63,245 nucleotides of DNA, filler included, from Pseudomonadota bacterium (GCA_043820105.1; 4 parts of 4 records of this genome joined end to end with filler, not necessarily neighbours in it), one strand, 5' to 3'; shown: positions 19,231 through 29,529, numbered from the whole stretch's first letter. Numbers and translations are program-made. Notes: generated by a model from the sequence alone, not told the origin.

Positions 19231-21393
19231 TTACCAGCAATAAAAATAAGAATCTGGAATTTCAAATGATTGAGATATGATAAATTCAATATCATCGATT
19301 TGATTAACCATTATGCCACCCTCTGAAAGGGTGTAGATATAATCTTCAATGAAGTGACTTCTGCTTGGTGATAAAGTGTAATATGTATAACAGTTATCTT
19401 CAGGAGGGCTTATAAAATCAGCGTGAGAGATTATCCCAATTTCTTCAAATCCATTTTCAATTGTGACATTGTAAACATAGATGCCTGATAATATATCTGA
19501 AGATCCATAATCCCAGCTATATAAAGGTATAGCTAAAATATTTTTTGTTGGAAAATATGAAAATGCTTTATGATTGTAAAGTGCTTCTGAATAAGTCCAG
19601 CCTGTGCCAATAATTTCTTCTGCTTTAATTGTTGGATTTGCAAAATCACTAACATCAAATATTGAAAGTTTAATTTCGCCTGTTAATCTTCCGTCATTAT
19701 CCGCTACTTGACCTATTGCCAAAATATGATCAGCATCCATAGCTTGAAGATATGTAGAATATCCTGGCATTTCCAGTTCTCCGACTAAAGAAGGAGCTGT
19801 TGGATCGCTTAGGTCAATTGTAAATAAGGGGTCAGTTCTTTCAAAAGTTACTAAAAAGCCTTTATCTTCCACAAAGCGTGCTGCATAAATTTCTTCTCCA
19901 GGTGCTATGTCATTTATTTCTCCAACTTTTTCCAAGACTCCATTTCCATTGTTTTTTAAAACAAAAACATGATTTTTCTTTTCCTCATCTGCTTGCTGGC
20001 TATCCCACCAGCTCCAAAAGGTGAATCTGTCTGTTGTTGTAGCTACACGCAAATAGCCATCATGCTCATCCATTGAAAATTGATTTAAAATGTAACCCTC
20101 AACTTCTCCGCTAGCAGTGTATTCAACACTTGCTTCAGCACTTTTTAACTCGAATTCATGAATAGCAGAATAATCGTTAAAACTTGAGTAAAGACTATAA
20201 TACCAAAAATACCAAGCATATGAGCTTTCAATATAAAGCTTGTTTTCAGACATAAATACAATATCAGCATCAGCTATTAGGCTCACAGTGTTTTGCATAT
20301 CACTTGATTTGCTTGAATCCAGTGAAACAATAGTAAATAAACCAAAGCTATTTGGTGTTTGGGGTTTGTAAATGTTATTGCATGCTGTTAATAATGCTGC
20401 TTCAGAGTTATCTTCTATATAAAGAGGAAGGAAATCAGTAATATCTAGTGCGTCAATTATATCTAAATTTTCCTGTCTAAGTTCTTCATAGTCCTTGGAA
20501 AGACTGCCTGTATCACAATTATTACTATCATAATCATAATAATCCCAATAACTGAGATAGGTGTCAATTCCAAGGTCATAAGTTGAAATGCTATGCTCTA
20601 AGACTATATATACATTGTCACTAATTCTTCGTGAAGTGTTGTATTGACCCTGATAAAAAAGTTCTTTTGTTAAGCTTAAGCTTTCCTTATTTGAAATATC
20701 CAATATAGTGACTTTCGTGACATAATAATTATTTTCAAAGAGACTGGAAATATCTTCATTTGTATTTTCTGAGCTTGAACTGCCACCATTATCATAATCA
20801 TAAGCGATGTCTTCTGAACCCAGACTTGTTTCATATGAATATATGTTTGAAAAGATTATGGCTTTATTATCAGTGATGAACATTTCAAGCGCTTCACCTT
20901 CAAGTTCATAGGTGGCAAGTTCAGTTGTTTCACTAGCTGGCCAGGCTTTTAAAAGGCGAAAGCTATTTCCAGCAATTGCATATAAATAATCGCCATCTGT
21001 TTTAAAAATATCAGCCTCATCTACACCATCAACTTGAGTGTTTGTCTCAGAATATTCATTATCACTATCAGAAGATCTTGATTGTGTATCAGAAGATTCA
21101 TTCGCGTCATCAGATGTTGTATCTGCTCCTGATAATTCAGCTGTATCTTCTGCATATATTTCAACATCACATCCATTTTCAATCTGTCTATTGATTTCAT
21201 TTTCAACATACTTTGTTAAAAGGTCTTTATAGTAGTTTTCAAGGTCTTGGCAAGATTCTAATAAGGATAGTTTGTAACCAAGTGTTTTTCCAACAGTGTC
21301 ATCAGTATTATCATCATCATTGCCCAAAAAAGGGAAATTACATGAGGCTGTAAAAAATAAAAATAATAGGATGATTATAAATTTTATCTTCAC
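19231..21393 (-). CDS. Secreted beta-propeller domain lipoprotein
   Basis: YSETNTQVDGVDEADIFKTDG, LNQFSMDE, LVTFERTDPLF, PGYSTYL; GTG start at 21393 with GGAG; lipobox TASC. Confidence 0.85.
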   Translation of the reverse strand: MKIKFIIILLFLFFTASCNFPFLGNDDDNTDDTVGKTLGYKLSLLESCQDLENYYKDLLTKYVENEINRQIENGCDVEIYAEDTAELSGADTTSDDANESSDTQSRSSDSDNEYSETNTQVDGVDEADIFKTDGDYLYAIAGNSFRLLKAWPASETTELATYELEGEALEMFITDNKAIIFSNIYSYETSLGSEDIAYDYDNGGSSSSENTNEDISSLFENNYYVTKVTILDISNKESLSLTKELFYQGQYNTSRRISDNVYIVLEHSISTYDLGIDTYLSYWDYYDYDSNNCDTGSLSKDYEELRQENLDIIDALDITDFLPLYIEDNSEAALLTACNNIYKPQTPNSFGLFTIVSLDSSKSSDMQNTVSLIADADIVFMSENKLYIESSYAWYFWYYSLYSSFNDYSAIHEFELKSAEASVEYTASGEVEGYILNQFSMDEHDGYLRVATTTDRFTFWSWWDSQQADEEKKNHVFVLKNNGNGVLEKVGEINDIAPGEEIYAARFVEDKGFLVTFERTDPLFTIDLSDPTAPSLVGELEMPGYSTYLQAMDADHILAIGQVADNDGRLTGEIKLSIFDVSDFANPTIKAEEIIGTGWTYSEALYNHKAFSYFPTKNILAIPLYSWDYGSSDILSGIYVYNVTIENGFEEIGIISHADFISPPEDNCYTYYTLSPSRSHFIEDYIYTLSEGGIMVNQIDDIEFIISQSFEIPDSYFYCW

Positions 21394-21461
21394 AATAAAA
21401 CTCCTTTGTATTTTATTTATTATATTAATCATAATAAAACTAATTATGTTAGTCAAAAACA

Positions 21462-22808
21462 TTAAGCTTCATGAGGTAAGGGTCTTCTTTTGGGTCTGAA
21501 ATAGTGTCTGGGTGAATAATCAATTAAATCTGAAACTTTGCTCATGTAAATACAAGCATATCTTTCGATTTGATTAGCTATTCTGCTTGGTTCTTGCCCA
21601 GCTCTCATTAAAGGTCCCCAGAATTTATTGAAATTTTTTTCATATTCAACAATTAAAGATGAAATTTTTTCATCTATATTTTTTACTTTTTTAAAAATTG
21701 CATTTGATTCTGCATCGCTTTGTTTTTTAAATAAGAGTTGTTCCAAGGCTTCTTTTTCAATCATAAGCTTTGTTATCATTTCATGATTTTTTTGGCCTTT
21801 ATTTATTGCATTAATTTCTTCAGCGATTTCTTCTACTACTAGAGCCGTTCTCCAATTGCAAGATTTCTTAAGAGTTACCACATCTCCATAGATATGATCT
21901 CCCAGATATAGAATCTCATCTCCTTTTAAACCTAAATACTTTTCTACTGAAACACTGTTTCCTCCCTGGAAAACGCCACTTTCTAAGTTTCCAAAATGAT
22001 TTGTCATGCTAGCGTCTGAAATATTTACTTTGAGAAATTTGCGATTTGAAGTAAAAAAACTAGGTTTTTCTGATTGAGTAATAACTAAATCAAAAATATC
22101 AAGCCAGGTTCTGTTTTTATCAAGAAATGAATTTATGGTGTAATCCATTAATAATTTTGTGTAATGATAATCAGAATTAGTTATTATTTGCAAAGATTTG
22201 CCACTTGCTTTTAATTTTTCAAGGACTTTGACTAAGTTTTCATCCTTTATAATATATTTTTCAGTATTTTTTTTAACTTTATCTTTTAATGATCCATCAA
22301 TATGAGCTAAATCAATCATTTGAAAAATATCCATTGCAAGATCAGCATAATTGGGCTTATAATCTGAAAACAAATTGGAATTTGAATCAATAAAATCTAC
22401 TAATTGCAAATATAAAGAAGAAGCTGATATGGAAAATGTAGTATCAATTGATTCATATCTTTCCTCTCTTACATCAACTGATAGTTCTCTGTAGATCTTT
22501 GATGTATCTTTATAAAAAAGCTGTAGAGAGCCATGATAACATTTTTTAACTTTACCAAATAAACTTAATTTTAGTAAATTACCTAATTTTTTATCAATAA
22601 CCAGGCCCTTAATTACTTTATCATAATCAAATTTGAATTCTAGGATTTGACCTGGGTAATTTTTAATTTCTACAAGTTTTTTTAACATCTCATGGTAAGC
22701 CATGGTTTCAAACATTTTTGAATTATAGCGCACCAAAGTATAGTCCATGTCAAAGCCAATTGCTTTTATCTTTTTAAAATCCAAGACGCGATTAGTGTAA
22801 ATATTCAT
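21462..22808 (-). CDS. HAD-IG family 5'-nucleotidase (cN-II-like)
   Basis: GFDMDYTL motif I, ITNS, KPSFF, YLGDHIYGDV. Confidence 0.9.
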   Translation of the reverse strand: MNIYTNRVLDFKKIKAIGFDMDYTLVRYNSKMFETMAYHEMLKKLVEIKNYPGQILEFKFDYDKVIKGLVIDKKLGNLLKLSLFGKVKKCYHGSLQLFYKDTSKIYRELSVDVREERYESIDTTFSISASSLYLQLVDFIDSNSNLFSDYKPNYADLAMDIFQMIDLAHIDGSLKDKVKKNTEKYIIKDENLVKVLEKLKASGKSLQIITNSDYHYTKLLMDYTINSFLDKNRTWLDIFDLVITQSEKPSFFTSNRKFLKVNISDASMTNHFGNLESGVFQGGNSVSVEKYLGLKGDEILYLGDHIYGDVVTLKKSCNWRTALVVEEIAEEINAINKGQKNHEMITKLMIEKEALEQLLFKKQSDAESNAIFKKVKNIDEKISSLIVEYEKNFNKFWGPLMRAGQEPSRIANQIERYACIYMSKVSDLIDYSPRHYFRPKRRPLPHEA

Positions 22809-22976
22809 AAAATTGATTTCCTTTTTTCGTTTTTATACCTGTTTAACTTGTTAATTCTAATTAATCTAATTTACAATATAAATAATAATCTGTTTTTAAT
22901 ATGCTTTAATGATGACATTCTCATTAAAAGAATATCTTAATCTGAAAATAATAATTCAAGATCGGATTATTTACTT

Positions 22977-23915
22977 ATGGAACAATATTTTATTAATTAT
23001 GCTAGTCTTGATCAGCAACGTTGGATGGTATCTGACAAACCTCGCACAGATGCTTTTGCAAGAGCAATAGCTGAAGTTGTAAAACCAGGTGATTTTGTTA
23101 TTGATGTTGGGGCAGGTACGGGTGTTCTATCTCTATTAGCCGCAAAAGCAGGGGCTAATCGTGTGATTGGTGTTGAACAATCAGAGATAGCTAATTTTGC
23201 AAAAGAACTCATTTTGCATAATAATTTTGATTCTAAAATAGAAATTATTCAAAGTAATGCCTTTAAATTGCAGCTTGATGAGCCTGCTGATTTAATTGTT
23301 AGTGAATGGTTGGGGCATATGGCTTATGTGGAAAACATGTTTCGCTCTGTCATTCATGTTCGTGATGCTTGGCTTAAACCTCAAGGGACCATGATTCCTT
23401 ATTCTGTGGATGTAATGCTAGCTCCAATTGATGATGTGGAATTTTACAATGAGCATGGTCCTGGATATTGGGAAAAAAGCAATATCTATGATATTGATTT
23501 TTCTTGTTTTACACAAAAAGAATTGCAAATGGGGCATTCAAGTAAAATGCTTATTCCTGATAAATTTCTTCTAGCAAAAGGAAAATCTATTCATCACCTG
23601 AATTGTATTGATGCAAAACCTAATGATGAGTGGTGCCTGGGATCAGTTGAATATGAAATTGAGCGTGATGGTATGATAAATGGATTCGCAGGTTGGTTTA
23701 GCTCCTTACTATCCCCAAATGTTATTTTAGATACAGCACCAAATTGTCCACGAACTCATTGGGAACAGACTTATTTTCCATTTTATCCCATGGAGGTAAA
23801 GGCTGGTCAAATTATTAAGCTAGATTATCGAATGGATGAACCTTATGAGGACTCACGTTTAATGGAACTAGCTTTGCGTATTGGTAAGAAAGAAATTAAT
23901 TATATAATTGATTGA
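22977..23915 (+). CDS. Type I protein arginine N-methyltransferase-like enzyme
   Basis: YFxxY, DxxRT, VIDVGAGTGVLS, double-E loop SEWLGHMAYVE, THWEQ loop. Confidence 0.8.
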   Translation: MEQYFINYASLDQQRWMVSDKPRTDAFARAIAEVVKPGDFVIDVGAGTGVLSLLAAKAGANRVIGVEQSEIANFAKELILHNNFDSKIEIIQSNAFKLQLDEPADLIVSEWLGHMAYVENMFRSVIHVRDAWLKPQGTMIPYSVDVMLAPIDDVEFYNEHGPGYWEKSNIYDIDFSCFTQKELQMGHSSKMLIPDKFLLAKGKSIHHLNCIDAKPNDEWCLGSVEYEIERDGMINGFAGWFSSLLSPNVILDTAPNCPRTHWEQTYFPFYPMEVKAGQIIKLDYRMDEPYEDSRLMELALRIGKKEINYIID

Positions 23916-23921
23916 TCAGCG

Positions 23922-23936
23922 GAGCCTGTCTCAAAA
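23922..23936. mobile_element. Possible isolated IS terminal repeat
   Basis: GAGCCTGTCTCAAAA resembles IS1182/IS5-type ends; no transposase nearby. Confidence 0.3.
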
Positions 23937-24106
23937 TAATCACCAAATTTCCAAGACAAGTAAGTAATGTTAGATAATATTAACAAAGCAAAAAAAATAT
24001 AATATTGAAAAAATTTAATTTTATATGTATTTTTCAATAGTTAAAAATAATAACTTTAATTGGAGTGTATTGTCTGAATATTCAAGAATAAATCCAAGGA
24101 GAGAAA

Positions 24107-24820
24107 ATGATAAAATTTAATTTGGAAGATCTGGACGATATTAAACAAAAAGGTTTATACTTGAAGCTCGAGGATTCTACTACTTTAGAGCTTTCCCAAA
24201 GTGTAATAGAAGAAAAATATAATAATTTTATTCAAGATCCATCTTTATTTACAGAGGAAATGAAGGAGATATCACAATTTAGAAAATGTGCTGTATGTCC
24301 ATATAAAGACGATAAAAAGGTTGTTTGTACAGCTTTAAAACCGATAATTCCTTTTCTACATATTGTAGATAAATATGTATCCTTTAATAAGATTTTCGCA
24401 ATCTATAAATATGATGAAACAAAATCATTTGACTTAGCTATAACTGATATGCAAAGTGGAATAAAGTATTTATCTGTTCTTTCTCTTTTTTATTATTGTT
24501 CAGCAGGTCTTAAGTATTGGAAGTATTTTGCGGGTATTAAGCCACTTATGAAAGTTGAAGAGATTGCTATAAAATTATATTTAAATATTTATCAACATTG
24601 TGGTGGAAATAAAAATATGATTGATGATTTGCTTGCTAAATTTATGTTTGATATAAAAATCATTAATAAAGATATTGTACATAGATTAAGACTAATATGT
24701 AAGAACGATGTTTTTTATAATTCTTTTGTAAGTGCCCAGGTAATACCCGAGTTTTTAACACTTGATATTGATGAAATAGTTAAAAAACATTTTATTGAAC
24801 ATGAGAAAAAAGCTTTTTAA
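24107..24820 (+). CDS. Hypothetical Cys-containing protein (possibly DUF6901-like) upstream of sensor kinase
   Basis: CAVCPY...C; AAGGAGA RBS; family call tentative. Confidence 0.55.
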   Translation: MIKFNLEDLDDIKQKGLYLKLEDSTTLELSQSVIEEKYNNFIQDPSLFTEEMKEISQFRKCAVCPYKDDKKVVCTALKPIIPFLHIVDKYVSFNKIFAIYKYDETKSFDLAITDMQSGIKYLSVLSLFYYCSAGLKYWKYFAGIKPLMKVEEIAIKLYLNIYQHCGGNKNMIDDLLAKFMFDIKIINKDIVHRLRLICKNDVFYNSFVSAQVIPEFLTLDIDEIVKKHFIEHEKKAF

Positions 24821-24846
24821 ATTCGAAAAATTCATAAGGAAGTGCA

Positions 24847-27321
24847 ATGGAAAAACATATTAGAAGAAAGATAATTTTTCCTTTTGTGATTATTATGCTT
24901 TTGGTTTCATCAGTTTTATTTTATACAACATATAAGCATGAAGTTGATGATTTAAATGAAAATATTTCGCACAGATCACAAATGATTAAGCATCATTTTA
25001 ATCATTTTCTATTAAAAGACGCTGAAGTTATGAGTGGATTAATGGATTTGCTTGTCCATGATAAAACAATATTAAAAACCTTCGAAGAAAATGATCGAGG
25101 CAAGTTATTAGATTTATCCTTGCCTTTATTTAATATGTTTAAGTCAAAGTATAGAGTAAGTCATTTTTATTTTATTGATACAAGTGGAAAATGTTTTTTA
25201 AGAGTTCATAATCCTGGGAAATATGGGGATGTAATAAATAGATTTACATTTAAAGAATCACAAAAAACTGGAAAGAGTGTTTATGGTATTGAACTTGGAA
25301 TTTTTGGGACCTTTACTCTTCGAAATGTTTTCCCTGTTAAAGTTAATTCAAAAATAATAGGTTACTTAGAACTTGGAGAAGAAATTGAGCATATTTCCCC
25401 GATGCTTAAAGGCTTTTCAGAAACAGATCTTCTTTTTGTAATAAAAAAATCCTTTATAAATAAAGATAAGTGGGAAGAAGGCCTTGAAATGCTCGGCAAA
25501 ATAGGATATTGGGATAATTTAAAAGATTATGTAATAATTGATCAAACAATTCATGATGTATCTTTGGTATTTAAAGAGAAAATAATGTCTGTTGTAGAAG
25601 GAAACTCTAAAAAATTAAATATATATGAAATTGACGATAGAAAATACTCAATATCCAGTGTAAAATTAATGGATGCTGGTGAGCAGGATATAGGTGCTAT
25701 TATAATTCTGCATGATATTACAAAAAATATAATGCAGAAAAAAAGAGATATATTTTTAGTTGGGATAATTTATGTTTTTGGCTTGTTATTAATAGTTGCA
25801 GTTTTCTATATCTATTTAGGAAGGCTGCAAAAAAGCTTGACCATAGCTGGAGAGAAAATAAAAGATGCCAGTCATGTATGGCAAAAAACTTTTGATAGTA
25901 TTTCAGAACTTGTTTTTATTCTTGATAAGGATCACAGTTTTATTAAAGCAAATAAAGCAGCATACGATGTTCTGGGGGTTACGCAGGCTGACCTGGCAGG
26001 GAAGAAGTGCTATGAGGTCATACATAAATCAGATCTGCCATGGCATAATTGTCCCTTTGAAAAGTCTATGAAAGATGGCTTGCCCCACTCAGCTGAGGTT
26101 ATTGATGAAAGTCTAGGATGTCCTTTGTTAGTTAGTACCTCCCCGATTTTTAATGACAAGAATGAAATAATTGGAGGTGTTCATATTGCCAAAGACATTA
26201 CTAAAATAAAAGAATACGAAGAATCATTAAAAAGTGCAAAAGAATATGCAGAACTTATTTTTCAAGTTACACCCAGTGCAATATTTACAATTGATAAAAA
26301 CCAAATAGTTACTAGTTGGAACAAAACAGCTGAAAGTCTAACTGGTTTTAAAAAAGATGAAATGCTTGGAAAAAAATGCACAGAATTTGCATTGTTTCCT
26401 TGTTCAGAAGTCTGTGGCTTGTTTTCAGATAAGCTTGAAAAACCACTTGTTGCGAGAGAGTGTACGATAAAAACAAAAAGTGGGCTAGTTAAAAGTATTT
26501 CAAAAAATGCTGACTTGTTACATGATTCAAAGGGGAATTTCATTGGTGGAATTGAAAGTTTTGAAGATATTACAGATAGAAAGAAAGCTGAAATAGCCAT
26601 CAAAGAAGCCGCTGAAATGAAAACTCAGTTTGCTTCAATGGTATCACATGAATTGAGAACCCCATTAGGGCCAATTAAAGAAGGTGTAAGCATTGTTTTG
26701 GATGGCTTAACTGGAGAGATAAATGAAGAACAAATAGATCTTTTATCTACAGTAAGAAGAAATGCTGAAAGATTAAATAGACTAATAAATAGCGTACTTG
26801 ATTATCAAAAACTGCAAGCAGGGAGAATGAGATTTGATATTAAAGAAAATAATTTAAATAAAGTTATTGAAGAAACTCATAAATCAATGGTTTTAGTTAC
26901 AAATAAAAAAGGATTGGATTTTCAACTAAACTTAGATCAGGATATACCAAAAGTATTTTTTGATAGTGACAAAATAACACAGGTTTTAATAAATTTAACC
27001 AATAATGCTATTAAATTTACTGAAAAGGGGAGTATAAAATTCATTACAAAGTTAGAAAATTATAAAGTTGTTATAAGAGTTGAAGATACAGGGCCAGGGA
27101 TAAGAGAAGATGAGTTTCATAAATTATTCCAAAGTTTCGTTCAGCTTAGTCATTCAAAAGAAAATAAAATCAAAGGAACGGGTCTTGGCTTAGTGATAAG
27201 TAAAGAGATTGTCGAACATCACAAAGGAAAAATGTGGGTAGAATCTGAATTTGGAAAAGGATCTTGTTTCTGTTTTAGTCTTCCAATTAATAGTAAAGGA
27301 GATGAAAAAAATGAGTCATAA
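24847..27321 (+). CDS. Sensor histidine kinase (Cache, two PAS, HisKA, HATPase)
   Basis: Two TM segments, FLRVHNP Cache motif, SHELRTPL, NLTNNAIKFT, DTGPGI, GTGLGL. Confidence 0.9.
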   Translation: MEKHIRRKIIFPFVIIMLLVSSVLFYTTYKHEVDDLNENISHRSQMIKHHFNHFLLKDAEVMSGLMDLLVHDKTILKTFEENDRGKLLDLSLPLFNMFKSKYRVSHFYFIDTSGKCFLRVHNPGKYGDVINRFTFKESQKTGKSVYGIELGIFGTFTLRNVFPVKVNSKIIGYLELGEEIEHISPMLKGFSETDLLFVIKKSFINKDKWEEGLEMLGKIGYWDNLKDYVIIDQTIHDVSLVFKEKIMSVVEGNSKKLNIYEIDDRKYSISSVKLMDAGEQDIGAIIILHDITKNIMQKKRDIFLVGIIYVFGLLLIVAVFYIYLGRLQKSLTIAGEKIKDASHVWQKTFDSISELVFILDKDHSFIKANKAAYDVLGVTQADLAGKKCYEVIHKSDLPWHNCPFEKSMKDGLPHSAEVIDESLGCPLLVSTSPIFNDKNEIIGGVHIAKDITKIKEYEESLKSAKEYAELIFQVTPSAIFTIDKNQIVTSWNKTAESLTGFKKDEMLGKKCTEFALFPCSEVCGLFSDKLEKPLVARECTIKTKSGLVKSISKNADLLHDSKGNFIGGIESFEDITDRKKAEIAIKEAAEMKTQFASMVSHELRTPLGPIKEGVSIVLDGLTGEINEEQIDLLSTVRRNAERLNRLINSVLDYQKLQAGRMRFDIKENNLNKVIEETHKSMVLVTNKKGLDFQLNLDQDIPKVFFDSDKITQVLINLTNNAIKFTEKGSIKFITKLENYKVVIRVEDTGPGIREDEFHKLFQSFVQLSHSKENKIKGTGLGLVISKEIVEHHKGKMWVESEFGKGSCFCFSLPINSKGDEKNES

Positions 27322-27673
27322 AATATTAATTATTGATGATGAAGTTGATGTAATGAAAATGGTAGTTTATAGATTAAAAGCTAAAAACTATGAAGTTTTT
27401 ACAGCAACAGATGGAAAAAGCGGGATAGAACTTGCAAAAGAAATAAAACCCGATCTTATAATACTTGATTACCATCTGCCTGATATGATGGCGTCCGAAA
27501 TATCTAAGATTATAAAAAGTGAAGAATCCCTGAAAGATGTTGAAATTATTTTAGTATCCGCAAGCGTTGAATACCTTAGCGATAAAGCAAAAGAATGTCT
27601 TGCAGCTGCATTTATTCCCAAACCCATAGAACCTGAAGAGCTTTATGAGAAAGTTGAAAAGTATATTAAATAA
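27311..27673 (+). CDS. Single-domain response regulator
   Basis: ILIIDDE, PDLIILD, PKP; ATG at 27311 overlaps kinase end. Confidence 0.9.
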   Translation: MSHKILIIDDEVDVMKMVVYRLKAKNYEVFTATDGKSGIELAKEIKPDLIILDYHLPDMMASEISKIIKSEESLKDVEIILVSASVEYLSDKAKECLAAAFIPKPIEPEELYEKVEKYIK

Positions 27674-27941
27674 TACATTTTTTTTTCGACCTGGGCCCAT
27701 CTTAAATTTGCTCTGCCTAGTTGTATACTATTATTTGTTGACTTTGCTTTTCATAGACAATACATGGAATATGATCTTAATACGAATGATGTTTATAAAG
27801 TAGGTTCAATGTTTCCAGCCCTTGGCAAGGGAGTTTGTAAATAAGGTTACAGCTTCAAGCTACATTCACATATAAATATATATAAGTTTCCAATCTACGC
27901 TTTAGATTTGTATGTATGTCTGGATAGTGGGAATATGATTT

Positions 27942-28268
27942 TTATTCTATATTTGCACTGACAACAGCGGCCATCTGCATCATGTCGATCGTTTGGCCTT
28001 CTTTAAGCTTAGTAAGGTTAGTGACCTTGCCGGATTTGCTTTTGGAATTTGTATTTTTGAAAATCGAGAGCAATTTTGCATCTGCAACAATGAACTTGCC
28101 AGCGTTTTCAGGCTTTCCATTTACAATCTTTGTCTGAAGTTTGTTTGCTTTAATATAGTCCCATAGTTTTTTAGTAATCTCTGTTCTTGGAAGTTCTTTT
28201 GCCCCCAGAAACACAGCTAGATCACTTTTTAATTTTACAGGTTTACTTAATCCTTTTGCTTCTGCCAT
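27942..28268 (-). CDS. Stand-alone SWIB/MDM2-domain protein
   Basis: LPRTEITKKLWDYIKANKLQ...IVADAKL; AAGGAG RBS before ATG 28268. Confidence 0.85.
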   Translation of the reverse strand: MAEAKGLSKPVKLKSDLAVFLGAKELPRTEITKKLWDYIKANKLQTKIVNGKPENAGKFIVADAKLLSIFKNTNSKSKSGKVTNLTKLKEGQTIDMMQMAAVVSANIE

Positions 28269-28399
28269 TTTTATCTCCTTCATAATTAGATATAAATTAA
28301 ATTATCAGATTATATTATTGTTCCTATAAACATTTATTAACAATAACAATCAAGTTAATAAATTCAATCGAATTTAATATTAAAGGACACTAATTTGGT

Positions 28400-29290
28400 T
28401 TAATAATCTAAATTCACGCAATAATCAATAAAGTCTTTTTTAAAAGCTTTAATAAGTGGAGATTCATATTTTTCATTTCTTGATATTATATATGCAGGTC
28501 TGTTAATGTTAAAGCCGGGAAGACCCACAAGCTTCTTGTTGTCAAGCTCTGATTTAATATACATTTTTGCAACAAAAGAGACACCAAGACCTTCTAAGAC
28601 ATGTGCTTTGCAAGCTTCCATGTCATTTAGAAAAACATCACCAATATCTTTTTCAGATGGATATCCAAGCTCTTTTGCTATTGATTTTATTGTTCGTGAG
28701 TGTGCTTCAGCATGTGAAAATATTCTAGCTTTATCAAGATCTTTTCTTGTAATAGTTTTTTTTTTAGCCAGGAAATAATCTTTTGAGCAGACCATTAATA
28801 TGTGATTTTCACATAATTTCTGAATTCTTAAAGAATCTCTTTTGCATTTTCCAATAATAATTCCAATATCAGATTTTGCCGTAACTAAGCTCTCCTCCAC
28901 ATATTCTGAAATTTTAGCATCTTTAACAGTGAACTTTGCTTCTGGATATTTATTCCAAAAGAGTTTCAAAAATTTAGGAAAAACATATGTTATAAAACTT
29001 GAAACAGTGGTGATATGAATATGCCCTGTAACCCGCGATTTTCTGTCTGTTATCCAATTGTCTAATCTATCGAGCTCTTGTTTCATGTTTTGACATAAGT
29101 CTAAAAATTCTTCACCAGAACGATTAAGCTCCATACCAGATCTTTTTCTGTTAAATAACGATTCACCAATATAATTTTCTAATATCTTTATTTTTTGGCT
29201 AACACCAGGTTGTGTAATTCGAAGGTTTTTGGACGCTTTTAGAATATTGCCAGTTTTGGCAACTTCGAGAAAAACTTTTATATAATTAAT
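28400..29290 (-). CDS. LysR family transcriptional regulator lacking a canonical start codon
   Basis: Frame extends through HTH YIKVFLEVAKTGNILKASKNLRITQPGVSQKIKILE; only ATT/ATA available before in-frame TAA at 29309-29311. Confidence 0.8.
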   Translation of the reverse strand: MNYIKVFLEVAKTGNILKASKNLRITQPGVSQKIKILENYIGESLFNRKRSGMELNRSGEEFLDLCQNMKQELDRLDNWITDRKSRVTGHIHITTVSSFITYVFPKFLKLFWNKYPEAKFTVKDAKISEYVEESLVTAKSDIGIIIGKCKRDSLRIQKLCENHILMVCSKDYFLAKKKTITRKDLDKARIFSHAEAHSRTIKSIAKELGYPSEKDIGDVFLNDMEACKAHVLEGLGVSFVAKMYIKSELDNKKLVGLPGFNINRPAYIISRNEKYESPLIKAFKKDFIDYCVNLDY

Positions 29291-29429
29291 ACCTAAACAA
29301 GGCGATTCTTAATAAAAGAGAAGAATAGAAAACAGAGCAAACCAAGATAAGGTCGGGATATTAAGCAAAAGATTACTATTTTTATAAATAACCCAATGGG
29401 TGCACACTCCAATATTCAATAAAAAGTAA

Positions 29430-29529
29430 NNNNNNNNNNNNNNNNNNNNNNNNNNNNNNNNNNNNNNNNNNNNTTAATTAATTAANNNNNNNNNNNNNNN
29501 NNNNNNNNNNNNNNNNNNNNNNNNNNNNN
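29430..29529. other. Artificial contig spacer
   Basis: N-run with TTAATTAATTAA six-frame stop linker. Confidence 0.98.

Noticed and set aside
29430-29529. TTAATTAATTAA palindrome within N-runs (also 58427-58526 and 61066-61165)
   Set aside because: Artificial six-frame stop linker used to concatenate contigs
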